DNA of 64,000 bases from Oceanispirochaeta sp. (GTDB lineage Bacteria; Spirochaetota; Spirochaetia; DSM-2461), in assembly GCA_963663385.2 (NCBI GenBank), contig CAXXXD010000004.1, positions 800,001-864,000 on the forward strand. Reading direction: 5' to 3'. Both the position numbers and the translations under genes were made by a program. Each line of letters starts with the position of its first letter. Position 1 is the stretch's first letter. Below the pieces are notes generated by a model, which ran no database searches, had not been told where the DNA came from, and worked only from the letters and a program-made list of their open reading frames with translations. This document shows, piece after piece, positions 56,346-64,000 of this stretch.

Positions 56346-57392
56346 TTAAAGACCGGACTTTTCGACCCAGTCCTGAACCCATTTCTGTTCGTTGTCGGCT
56401 ATATCCTGTTTGTCCAGGAGCAGGGGATTGTCAGAAATGAATGCCATATCAAAGGCCTCCGGCAGTTCTGTCCGGGGGAGTACGGGCATCATGATATTGC
56501 TGGTTGCAATAATGTTCTGTCCTTCCGGTGACAGCATGAAATCAAGAAACTTTTCGGCTCCTTCGGGATTGGCCGCACCCCTGATAATCCCTGCGCCCTC
56601 AATCTGCAGATAATTCCCCTCTTCGAAGGCAGCTGCTTTATAGCGGTCTGTTTCTTCCCACATTTTGTGGTAAACCGGCGAGGTGGAGTAGCTCAGAACC
56701 AGGGGGGCTTCTCCGCTGGTAAAGAGACCGTACCCGTTGCTCCAGCTTTCTGTTACGGATAGAACCGATCCGGAGAGTCTGTTCCAGTAGGCCAGGTAGT
56801 CATCCCCGTATACGGCCCGGGTCCATAAAAGGAATCCCATTCCGGGGCTTGAAGTCCGGGGATCCATAAGCACCAGGGATTTGGCAAACTCGGGCTTTGT
56901 CAGATCTTCCAGTGACGCCGGGGGCGTTTTAATTACTTCCGAGTCGTAGCAGATGGCGAAATACCCCCAGTCAAAGGGAAGGAGGCGGTTTGTATCATCA
57001 AACTTCAGTTCCTCCGGGATGGAGGACAGGGCCGGGGCGTTATAGGGTTCCAGGATATCTTCTTCCAGGGTTCTGGCCAGAAGGTTGTTATCAGGACCGA
57101 TAAGAAGGTCCCCGCGGGGATCCTCTTTTTCCATAATGACTTTGCTCAGGATGGTAACGGCGTCGCCCGGGGCTACAAGTTCAACCTGAATCCCGGTTTC
57201 TTCGGTAAACCGGGCAGCCAATGCCGGACCGGGGCCCCATTCTGATGCAAACGAGTCGTAACAATAGATTGTCAGCACCTGTTCTGCCGCATCCTGACTG
57301 CTTTCTGCAGGTTCGCTTCCGTCCTGCTGCCCGCCGGCAAAAAGGAGTGCTGTGCTAAAAAGCAGCATAAGAGATAATAGATATTTTTTCAT
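56346..57392 (-). CDS. thiB: thiamine ABC transporter substrate-binding protein
   Basis: YDSFASEWGPG, DWGY, DPRTSSPG, LSYSTSP, QIE. Confidence 0.92.
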   Translation of the reverse strand: MKKYLLSLMLLFSTALLFAGGQQDGSEPAESSQDAAEQVLTIYCYDSFASEWGPGPALAARFTEETGIQVELVAPGDAVTILSKVIMEKEDPRGDLLIGPDNNLLARTLEEDILEPYNAPALSSIPEELKFDDTNRLLPFDWGYFAICYDSEVIKTPPASLEDLTKPEFAKSLVLMDPRTSSPGMGFLLWTRAVYGDDYLAYWNRLSGSVLSVTESWSNGYGLFTSGEAPLVLSYSTSPVYHKMWEETDRYKAAAFEEGNYLQIEGAGIIRGAANPEGAEKFLDFMLSPEGQNIIATSNIMMPVLPRTELPEAFDMAFISDNPLLLDKQDIADNEQKWVQDWVEKSGL

Positions 57393-57472
57393 AATTCCTC
57401 TCCTGACTGCATGCCTGATCTCTGGTGCATGCAGTATGAAATTTAAAATTCCGGGGAAAGGTTGAGATATGG

Positions 57473-57560
57473 CCTATTTCCCTTCGCCGGCATTACCCGG
57501 ATCAGGTTCAAAGGGTATGATCTCAGGTTCTTATACAAGAACCACCCCCAGAGACGTGCT
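57473..57560 (-). promoter_or_regulatory. TPP riboswitch
   Basis: minus strand reads GGGGGTG...CTGAGATCATACCCTTTGAACCTGATCCGGGTAATGCCGGCGAAGGGAA upstream of thiB. Confidence 0.96.
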
Positions 57561-57620
57561 AAGCATAGCTTCAGGAGGTTGAAAGGTCAACCCGCTGTAA
57601 AGTCTGACAGGAAGACTATG

Positions 57621-59360
57621 CTACTTCTTTTTATTGACTGCATCGGTGAATTCGGCCCAGGCTTTCTTCTTTTCCCGGACTGAATGGATTTTATGCTGTT
57701 GTGTCTGCTGCCTGGAACGGGTGCGAATCCGGGACTGGGAAGTCATTTGCTGCTTTTCTGCATAGCCGGTACTTTCCCTTAATACAGAAGCCTGCCGCTT
57801 TTTACTGTTTGCCGCCCTGGCTATGGAAGATGTATTGGAGAATGAGCTGGTATAACTGTCATACCGCCCGGTTAACCGGAGTATCAATTTGCTCCACCAC
57901 CCCAGTTTGTCAAAGGCAATATCAAACAGGCTGATCAGGCTGAGCTGCAGTATGTCATCAATATTCTGAAACTGCTTCAGGTCGCTTTTCAGGTAGGTAT
58001 TGATCGTGTCTTTTATGGTATCGCTGCTTTTTATACCCTTCAGATCCTTCAGGTAATAGTAACCCACTGTTGCAATAAGGGCCGGTTTCTGCAGGAGTTC
58101 CTTCAGCTGGGGGGACTTATTCCGTATCCGGTTCATAATATCCGCCCTGAAATTATTGCGGCTGTAGAACTGGGAGTACTTATCGGGTTGATTATTCCTC
58201 AGCAGGTCATTCATCATTTCCTGATAGAGGACTGAAAACTCCTTCCCTGCATATTCCAGCTCTTTTTTAAAAAAGGGGAACAGGTAGTCTTTATGGATAA
58301 CCTGACTGTTTACAATGATCAGATCAGGCTGCTCCCCATTCTCCTGCCTTTTCAGTATGGTTTCCTGAAAATCCTTTCTGAATCCTTCCCATTTTTCTTC
58401 TTTTTCCTTTAATTCCTGATCAAGCTGCTTTACAGATGACCAGCGGGTTCCGTTCTCTCTTATCCGGTTTACAATCTCCGCCTGGTTCTTCTGTCGTTCC
58501 GCTTTTTCCTGCTGTTTTTCCTTCATTTCAGTCAGGCTGTTGAAAAAGTAGGAATAAAGCAGATGGGCCGATGTGAAGACCAGGGGAGACAATCCTTTAA
58601 TTCTGATCTTCAGATCCTCCTTATGTTCCAGAAGGCTTTTTGTTAGGGTTATCCAGAAGGAAGGGTCCCGGGCAGTCATGTTTTTTTGAAGCTCGCTGAT
58701 CTTTATCCCCGAAAGCCGGGATATATTCTCCAGCAATGTCATACTCTCGGATTCCCGTATCAGGTTTTTCATGAGAAAGAGAATATATTCATCCAGCAGG
58801 CCTGACGGGATGAGGATGGGAGACCGGTTACGCCTTGTAATTCCGAAAATCGTGCATTGGGGTATCATCTTTTTGTGGAACCCGGGGCTGAGAGACTTAG
58901 GTTCCAGGGGTGTGATCATCTCTCCCGGAAAGGTTATTCCATATTTATCGAAGGTCTTTACCGTGATAAAGGGGTGACCGTTTTCGTAGACATTCCGGTA
59001 CAGGACTTCCTCACAGACATAATAGTAAAAATAGATGGAATCTTTTTCTGTCAGGATCAGACGGGCCGGTTTCAGTTCCGAGTCGACCAGCCTGTACTGG
59101 AGCAGGCCCATATGGGCATCCTGGATTTTGTTCATCAGCAGTTCCAGCTGATTCCCGCCGGCCAGCGCCGGTCTTTTTGTTTTCAGTACATACTGGTTGT
59201 AATCCAGGGCAGGGTCCCAGAAATCACAGATATTATGAAAAATCTGATACTGGATCTGAGTAAAACTGCCTATTTGTGAAAGAACTTCCTCTCTTTTATG
59301 GGGTTCCAGATTAAAATAAAAGGGAGTTGCGTTTTGAGATGTCTGAATTTCCTTGCCCAT
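57621..59360 (-). CDS. hypothetical protein (579 aa, charged and helical)
   Basis: long uninterrupted ORF with no motif recognised. Confidence 0.75.
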   Translation of the reverse strand: MGKEIQTSQNATPFYFNLEPHKREEVLSQIGSFTQIQYQIFHNICDFWDPALDYNQYVLKTKRPALAGGNQLELLMNKIQDAHMGLLQYRLVDSELKPARLILTEKDSIYFYYYVCEEVLYRNVYENGHPFITVKTFDKYGITFPGEMITPLEPKSLSPGFHKKMIPQCTIFGITRRNRSPILIPSGLLDEYILFLMKNLIRESESMTLLENISRLSGIKISELQKNMTARDPSFWITLTKSLLEHKEDLKIRIKGLSPLVFTSAHLLYSYFFNSLTEMKEKQQEKAERQKNQAEIVNRIRENGTRWSSVKQLDQELKEKEEKWEGFRKDFQETILKRQENGEQPDLIIVNSQVIHKDYLFPFFKKELEYAGKEFSVLYQEMMNDLLRNNQPDKYSQFYSRNNFRADIMNRIRNKSPQLKELLQKPALIATVGYYYLKDLKGIKSSDTIKDTINTYLKSDLKQFQNIDDILQLSLISLFDIAFDKLGWWSKLILRLTGRYDSYTSSFSNTSSIARAANSKKRQASVLRESTGYAEKQQMTSQSRIRTRSRQQTQQHKIHSVREKKKAWAEFTDAVNKKK

Positions 59361-59447
59361 AACTGAGAATATTATAACGTATTATTCGAAAGTTTGGGAG
59401 ACGGTTTTTTTCCTCTCCTCAAAAAGAGAGAAGAGGATGTATCAGAT

Positions 59448-60743
59448 TCAGGATTTCAGTGCCTGATCAAGGTCTTTCCTGATATCCTCCAGGTTTTCAA
59501 TCCCTATGGAGAGCCGGATCATTTCGGGGGAGATCCCTCCGGATATCATGGCTTCATCAGATAACTGGGAATGGGTAGTGGATCCCGGATGGATTGCCAG
59601 GCTCTTGGCATCTCCCACATTTGCCACATGAGAGAAGAGCTGAAGATTATCGATAAACCTCTGTCCGGCCTCTCTCCCGCCTTTTATTCCGAAAACAACC
59701 ATACCCCCCGAACCTTTTTTCAGGTATTTCCGGGATCCCCTGTAAGCCCTGTCTCCTTCAAGCCCCGGGTAGCGGACCCATTTAACGCAGGGGTGATTCT
59801 GAAGGAAGCGGGCGGCTCCAAGAGCATTTTCCGAGTGCCTTTCCATACGGAGGGCCAATGTTTCCAGTCCCTGAAGGAAGATCCAGCAGTTGTCCGGAGA
59901 TATACAGCCTCCCAGGTTCCGCAGGGGAACCGTCCGCATCCTGATTATAAAAGCCAGCGGATTAAGGTCTCCCAGATCGCGGGCAAACCGCAGCCCGTGA
60001 TACCCTCCGTCAGGTTCGTTGTACAGTGAGAATTTCGGGTTTTTCCAGTTGAATCTCCCTGAATCGATGACAATTCCGCCGATTGCCGTACCATGCCCCC
60101 CAATCCATTTTGTCAGGGAATGAACAACTATGTCCGCCCCGTGTTCAATCGGTCTGAGCAGATAGGGGGTTGTGAAGGTGGAATCCACCACCAGAGGAAT
60201 TTCATATTCTTTTGCCAGACGGGAGAACTCCTCCAGATCCGCCAGATCCAGCGAAGGATTCCCTATAGTTTCAATGTAGAGAGCTTTCGTCTTTTCATTG
60301 ATCGCTTCCCTGAAGGTCTCGGGGTTGCTCTGGTCGGCGAAACGGACTTTTATTCCGAATTGCGGCAGCAGATCGTCGAACATTGTATAGGTACCCCCAT
60401 ACAGACTGGCGCTCGAAACAACCTCGTCCCCTGCTCTGCATATATTGATTATGGTGTAAAAAATGGCATTGGTTCCCGAAGCCAGAGCCAGGGCGGCGGC
60501 TCCGCCCTCCAGGGCTGCCATACGGTCTTCCAGGACAGCCTGGGTGGGATTCCCCAGGCGGGTATAGATATTCCCGGGTTCCTTTAAGGCGAAAAGATTC
60601 TGCGCATGTTCGGCAGAATCAAAAAGGTATGCCGTGCTCCTGTGAAGGGGGACTCCTCTGGCATGTGTTTCCCTGTCTCCCGAGTGACCTGCGTGTATGG
60701 CGGTTGTTTCAAACCCGGGATTTTTTATTTTACTGTAATCCAT
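59448..60743 (-). CDS. metY: O-acetylhomoserine sulfhydrylase
   Basis: IYTRLGNPT, LYGGT, HSLTKWIGGHG, ANVGDAKSLAIHPGSTTHSQL. Confidence 0.93.
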   Translation of the reverse strand: MDYSKIKNPGFETTAIHAGHSGDRETHARGVPLHRSTAYLFDSAEHAQNLFALKEPGNIYTRLGNPTQAVLEDRMAALEGGAAALALASGTNAIFYTIINICRAGDEVVSSASLYGGTYTMFDDLLPQFGIKVRFADQSNPETFREAINEKTKALYIETIGNPSLDLADLEEFSRLAKEYEIPLVVDSTFTTPYLLRPIEHGADIVVHSLTKWIGGHGTAIGGIVIDSGRFNWKNPKFSLYNEPDGGYHGLRFARDLGDLNPLAFIIRMRTVPLRNLGGCISPDNCWIFLQGLETLALRMERHSENALGAARFLQNHPCVKWVRYPGLEGDRAYRGSRKYLKKGSGGMVVFGIKGGREAGQRFIDNLQLFSHVANVGDAKSLAIHPGSTTHSQLSDEAMISGGISPEMIRLSIGIENLEDIRKDLDQALKS

Positions 60744-60771
60744 ATTTTATATCTCCAGTATTTTTCTTGAG

Positions 60772-61692
60772 TCATTCAAACAGCCATGTGCTGAGGTAGC
60801 GTTCCCCCGTATCACACCCTATTGTTACAATCCTTTTACCCCTGTTCTCGGGTTTCCGGGCCAGGATCTCAGCCGCCCGCACATTGGCTCCGGCCGATAT
60901 CCCGACAAGGAGCCCCTCCTGTGATGCCAGCTTCCGGGCCATCTCTCCCGCCTCTTCGGAGGGGACTTTTATTATCCCGTCATAGATATCCCTGTTCAGT
61001 ACTTCCGGAATAAAACCTGCCCCGATGCCCTGGATTTTATGGGGACCCGCTTTTTCGCCGGAGAGTACGGCCGATTTTTCAGGCTCCACGGCATAGACTT
61101 TTATTTCCGGATTCAGTTTTTTGAGAATCTCACCGTTTCCGGTCAAAGTTCCTCCCGTACCTACGGCAGCTACAAATATATCGACTTTTCCATCTGTTGC
61201 ATCCCATATCTCCCTGGCGGTTGTCTGCCGGTGGGCTTCAGGATTGGCCGGATTGGTAAACTGCTGGAGAATCAGGGAACGGGGGATTTCCGCTGCCAGT
61301 TCCTCAGCCCTGCTGATGGAGCCGTTCATTCCCTCACTGCCGGGGGTAAGCACCAGTTCCGCTCCGAATATCCGTAGCAGTTTTCTACGCTCTTCACTCA
61401 TGGTATCCGGCATGGTCAGTATCAGTCTGTATCCCCTTTGGGCACAGATATAGGCCAGGGCAATGCCTGTATTGCCGCTGGTCGGTTCAATCAGAGTTGT
61501 ATCAGTTGTCAGTTTTCCACTTTTCTCGGCAGCTTCAATCATAAACTTTCCAACTCTGTCCTTAACACTGCCAAGGGGATTGAAATATTCCAGTTTAAGA
61601 AGGATCTCTGCATCCTTTCCTATCCGGTTCAGTTTCACAAGGGGCGTGTTTCCCACCAGTTCCGTAATATTTTCTGCTATTTTCTGATTCAT
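60772..61692 (-). CDS. cysK: cysteine synthase A
   Basis: [45 protein letters not shown]. Confidence 0.96.
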   Translation of the reverse strand: MNQKIAENITELVGNTPLVKLNRIGKDAEILLKLEYFNPLGSVKDRVGKFMIEAAEKSGKLTTDTTLIEPTSGNTGIALAYICAQRGYRLILTMPDTMSEERRKLLRIFGAELVLTPGSEGMNGSISRAEELAAEIPRSLILQQFTNPANPEAHRQTTAREIWDATDGKVDIFVAAVGTGGTLTGNGEILKKLNPEIKVYAVEPEKSAVLSGEKAGPHKIQGIGAGFIPEVLNRDIYDGIIKVPSEEAGEMARKLASQEGLLVGISAGANVRAAEILARKPENRGKRIVTIGCDTGERYLSTWLFE

Positions 61693-61714
61693 CCGATACC
61701 TCCCGGTTTCTCTG

Positions 61715-62149
61715 TCATATGTAATACATAGGTCTGTCTGATTCATCGACCAGACCAGCCAGCTCTTCCAGTGTAATCCCATCGAGAGTCTCTTTGATTG
61801 CCCTGGTTACCTTGTCCCATACATGCCGGCTCACGCACTTTTCCGATTTGCTGCAGTATCCTGTGTCTCCCAGGCAGTCAACAATATTCAGTCCGCCTTC
61901 CATAGTCTCTACAATATCCTTCAGGCTTATGGCAGAGGGAGCCTTTGCCAGCAGGTAGCCTCCCTTCGCCCCGCGGATCGAACGTATAAGACCTGCCGCT
62001 CTCAGTTGTATAACCAGCTGGCTCAGATACTTTTCAGAGACATCCTCTTTTCTGGCAATTTCATTCAGCTGAATCGGGCCTTTCTGATAGGTAAATGCCA
62101 GATTCACCATAAGGCGTGTGGCATAGCGTGATTTTGTAGAAAGTTTCAT
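61715..62149 (-). CDS. Rrf2 family regulator (CymR/IscR-like)
   Basis: [28 protein letters not shown]-x6-C-x5-C. Confidence 0.93.
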   Translation of the reverse strand: MKLSTKSRYATRLMVNLAFTYQKGPIQLNEIARKEDVSEKYLSQLVIQLRAAGLIRSIRGAKGGYLLAKAPSAISLKDIVETMEGGLNIVDCLGDTGYCSKSEKCVSRHVWDKVTRAIKETLDGITLEELAGLVDESDRPMYYI

Positions 62150-62166
62150 ACTGATAATCCTTAATG

Positions 62167-62184
62167 TCTATTAAATCTATTAGA
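62167..62184. promoter_or_regulatory. candidate Rrf2 operator
   Basis: imperfect AT-rich inverted repeat TCTATTAAATCTATTAGA just upstream of the RBS. Confidence 0.35.
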
Positions 62185-62242
62185 ATAGTAGTGATTGAGG
62201 GTATAAAAAACAAGAGGGAATTGTATAATTATGAGTAATTTA

Positions 62243-62680
62243 TTAAGAATTAAGGTGTTTCTGACTGTTTTCCACCAGTTTGTCCAGAACATTCCGGAAA
62301 ATTCCCAGGTCTTTTTCGGGGATATCCGCAATTATATTCCGGTAGAAATCATCACATACAGGGAGCAGGGTTTCAAACATATCCATTCCTCTCCGGGTGC
62401 AGTAGAGTTTTACGGCCCTGCCGTCTTCGGTGCACTGCTTTTTTTCTAAAAGACCGTTTTTTACCATACGGGTAATCAGCCTGGCTATTGTTGTCTCCTG
62501 AGCCTGCATCAGATCTGCCAGGTCCATCTGGCGTATCCCCTGAGATTTTCTTATATAGTAGAGAGCAATCCATTGAACACGGGTGGCTCCATGTTTTTTA
62601 AAGGTTTCGTTATAGGTGTCTGTTACCTTTTTCAGACCAAGGGTCGCCATATAATAGACACATTCATCCAACTTAAACAT
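62243..62680 (-). CDS. MarR family regulator
   Basis: TRVQWIAL, QMDLADLM, RMVKNGLL, DGRAVKLYCT. Confidence 0.9.
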   Translation of the reverse strand: MFKLDECVYYMATLGLKKVTDTYNETFKKHGATRVQWIALYYIRKSQGIRQMDLADLMQAQETTIARLITRMVKNGLLEKKQCTEDGRAVKLYCTRRGMDMFETLLPVCDDFYRNIIADIPEKDLGIFRNVLDKLVENSQKHLNS

Positions 62681-62760
62681 GACTCATGTTACAATATGGC
62701 CGGAAAAATAGCAAATATGTTTTAATATAAACATTGAGTCTCAGGATGCCTGTCCCCGGT

Positions 62761-63999
62761 TTATCCCAGACAAAGAGACGTGATCTCCGGAATGGATCTC
62801 TCCAGTTTGCTCACCCTGCGGAGGATCTCCTCGTTTTGTGAGTCGTCCGGAGTTTCTGGAAAGAAGTCATTCTCTTTTATAAAGATCTCCAGATCCCCGG
62901 CAGATTCAGCAAATCCGGTCAATCCCAGATTCAAAGCCCCGCCCTTGATAGAATGCGCTTTTCTGTGAAGCACTTTGAAATCACGGTTTTTTATATATTC
63001 TTTCATGCCTGCTATGTCGACGCGGCAGTTTTTCAGGTACTCCTGAATTATCTCTATTCCCTCTTCTCTGTCTTCAAATTGTTCAAGAAAAGCCTCTAGC
63101 CCGGATAAACCGGAATCTTCCTGATGATCAGCGGCTTTGTGCAGGGCTCCAGGGTTTAATATTTCTGCAATGCTAAGGGATATATTGTTTAACTGTACGG
63201 GTTTATAGATAATGCCTTTTATAACACCACAGATTCTGTCTCTACTCTCATCGTAGAATCCTCCTGCCGTTAACATCAGTACAGGTGTTTTTTCATTTAT
63301 AGGGCATTTTCCTGTAATCTTCTCAACCGTGTCATAGCCATTGAGCATGGGCATCTGTATATCCATCAGAATCAGGTCGAATTGAATCTGATGACAGAGT
63401 GAAATGGCCTTATATCCGTCTTCCGCAATAAAAGGCTTGTATCCAAGTGACTGGAGATAGGTGGAAGCGATTTCCCGGTTTGTCTGGTAATCATCCACAA
63501 TCAGTATCTTTCCGCTTCCTTTAATAGGCTCTTCCGGTTCCTGCTTTTTCAGGGAATCCTTTGATCCGATCGAGAAGGGCAGTGTAAACCAGAAAATCGA
63601 ACCTGTCGGAGTATTGGGCGTATATCCTATCTCTCCGCCCATTAATTCAACCAGTTTTTTTGATATTGTAGTTCCGAGACCTGTTCCGTCATGATTTCTG
63701 GATTGACTATGGTCAATCTGGTAGAAGGGCTGAAAAATCTTGTCGGCCTGCTGCCGGGAAATCCCCATGCCTGTGTCCTGTATTTCGAAACGGATCAGGA
63801 CAAGGTCACCCACCGCGGGCAGTTCTGGTTCTATTACAACCCGGATCTGACCTTTGTGTGTGAATTTCTGGGCATTATTTGTCAGGTTCAGAAGAATCTG
63901 TCTCAGACGGTGATGATCTCCTATCAGTACTTCAGGAAGATTCTCCGATAGAACGAGTTCAAACCAGAGCCCTTTTTCCTTAATAAGAATGATCTGCCC
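62761..63999 (-). CDS. hybrid histidine kinase, 3' part (HATPase-REC-HPt); start lies beyond the window
   Basis: frame stays open to the window edge (GDHHRLRQILLNLTNNAQKFT); DTGMGI, GTGLG, LMDIQMP, AHSIKGG. Confidence 0.92.
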   Translation of the reverse strand, partial: GQIILIKEKGLWFELVLSENLPEVLIGDHHRLRQILLNLTNNAQKFTHKGQIRVVIEPELPAVGDLVLIRFEIQDTGMGISRQQADKIFQPFYQIDHSQSRNHDGTGLGTTISKKLVELMGGEIGYTPNTPTGSIFWFTLPFSIGSKDSLKKQEPEEPIKGSGKILIVDDYQTNREIASTYLQSLGYKPFIAEDGYKAISLCHQIQFDLILMDIQMPMLNGYDTVEKITGKCPINEKTPVLMLTAGGFYDESRDRICGVIKGIIYKPVQLNNISLSIAEILNPGALHKAADHQEDSGLSGLEAFLEQFEDREEGIEIIQEYLKNCRVDIAGMKEYIKNRDFKVLHRKAHSIKGGALNLGLTGFAESAGDLEIFIKENDFFPETPDDSQNEEILRRVSKLERSIPEITSLCLG

Positions 64000-64000
64000 G

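Noticed and set aside
1..64000. CRISPR arrays, tRNA/rRNA genes, prophage or defence genes, cobalamin riboswitch near glm
   Set aside because: No regularly spaced repeats or recognisable signatures found by eye; Infernal, tRNAscan-SE and CRISPR finders would be needed to exclude them formally

Overview
Gene-dense bacterial chromosomal window. A free-living anaerobic spirochaete (Spirochaetaceae) is inferred from signal peptide style, an HDOD fusion, a hexokinase and the gene content. The first 15 kb holds a SulP transporter, exonuclease I, a small Y1/RAYT transposase element bounded by 13-bp inverted repeats, and a GntR-controlled B12-dependent glutamate fermentation operon (glmS-glmL-glmE-mal). 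That operon continues with three uncharacterised genes (AtuA/DUF1446-like, DUF4387-like, and a P-loop plus tRNA-editing-like protein) and is followed by coaX-pdxS-pdxT. The middle carries a two-subunit class I fumarase, many signalling genes, hexokinase, an RNB nuclease, lipid and glycan genes (including a GT4-histidine phosphatase fusion) and an IlvY-NrpR regulator pair. The last 20 kb carries SRAP, alkaline phosphatase, a molybdenum hydroxylase, a dicarboxylate/amino acid symporter, a TPP-riboswitch thiamine ABC transporter and Rrf2-cysK-metY. The best candidates for undescribed biology are (i) a roughly 175-nt intergenic sRNA at 20.5 kb with two anti-Shine-Dalgarno loops downstream of an OmpR/BaeS-type two-component pair, and (ii) the extra genes of the methylaspartate operon. 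No rRNA, tRNA or CRISPR array was seen. All calls come from reading motifs by eye; no database searches were run.
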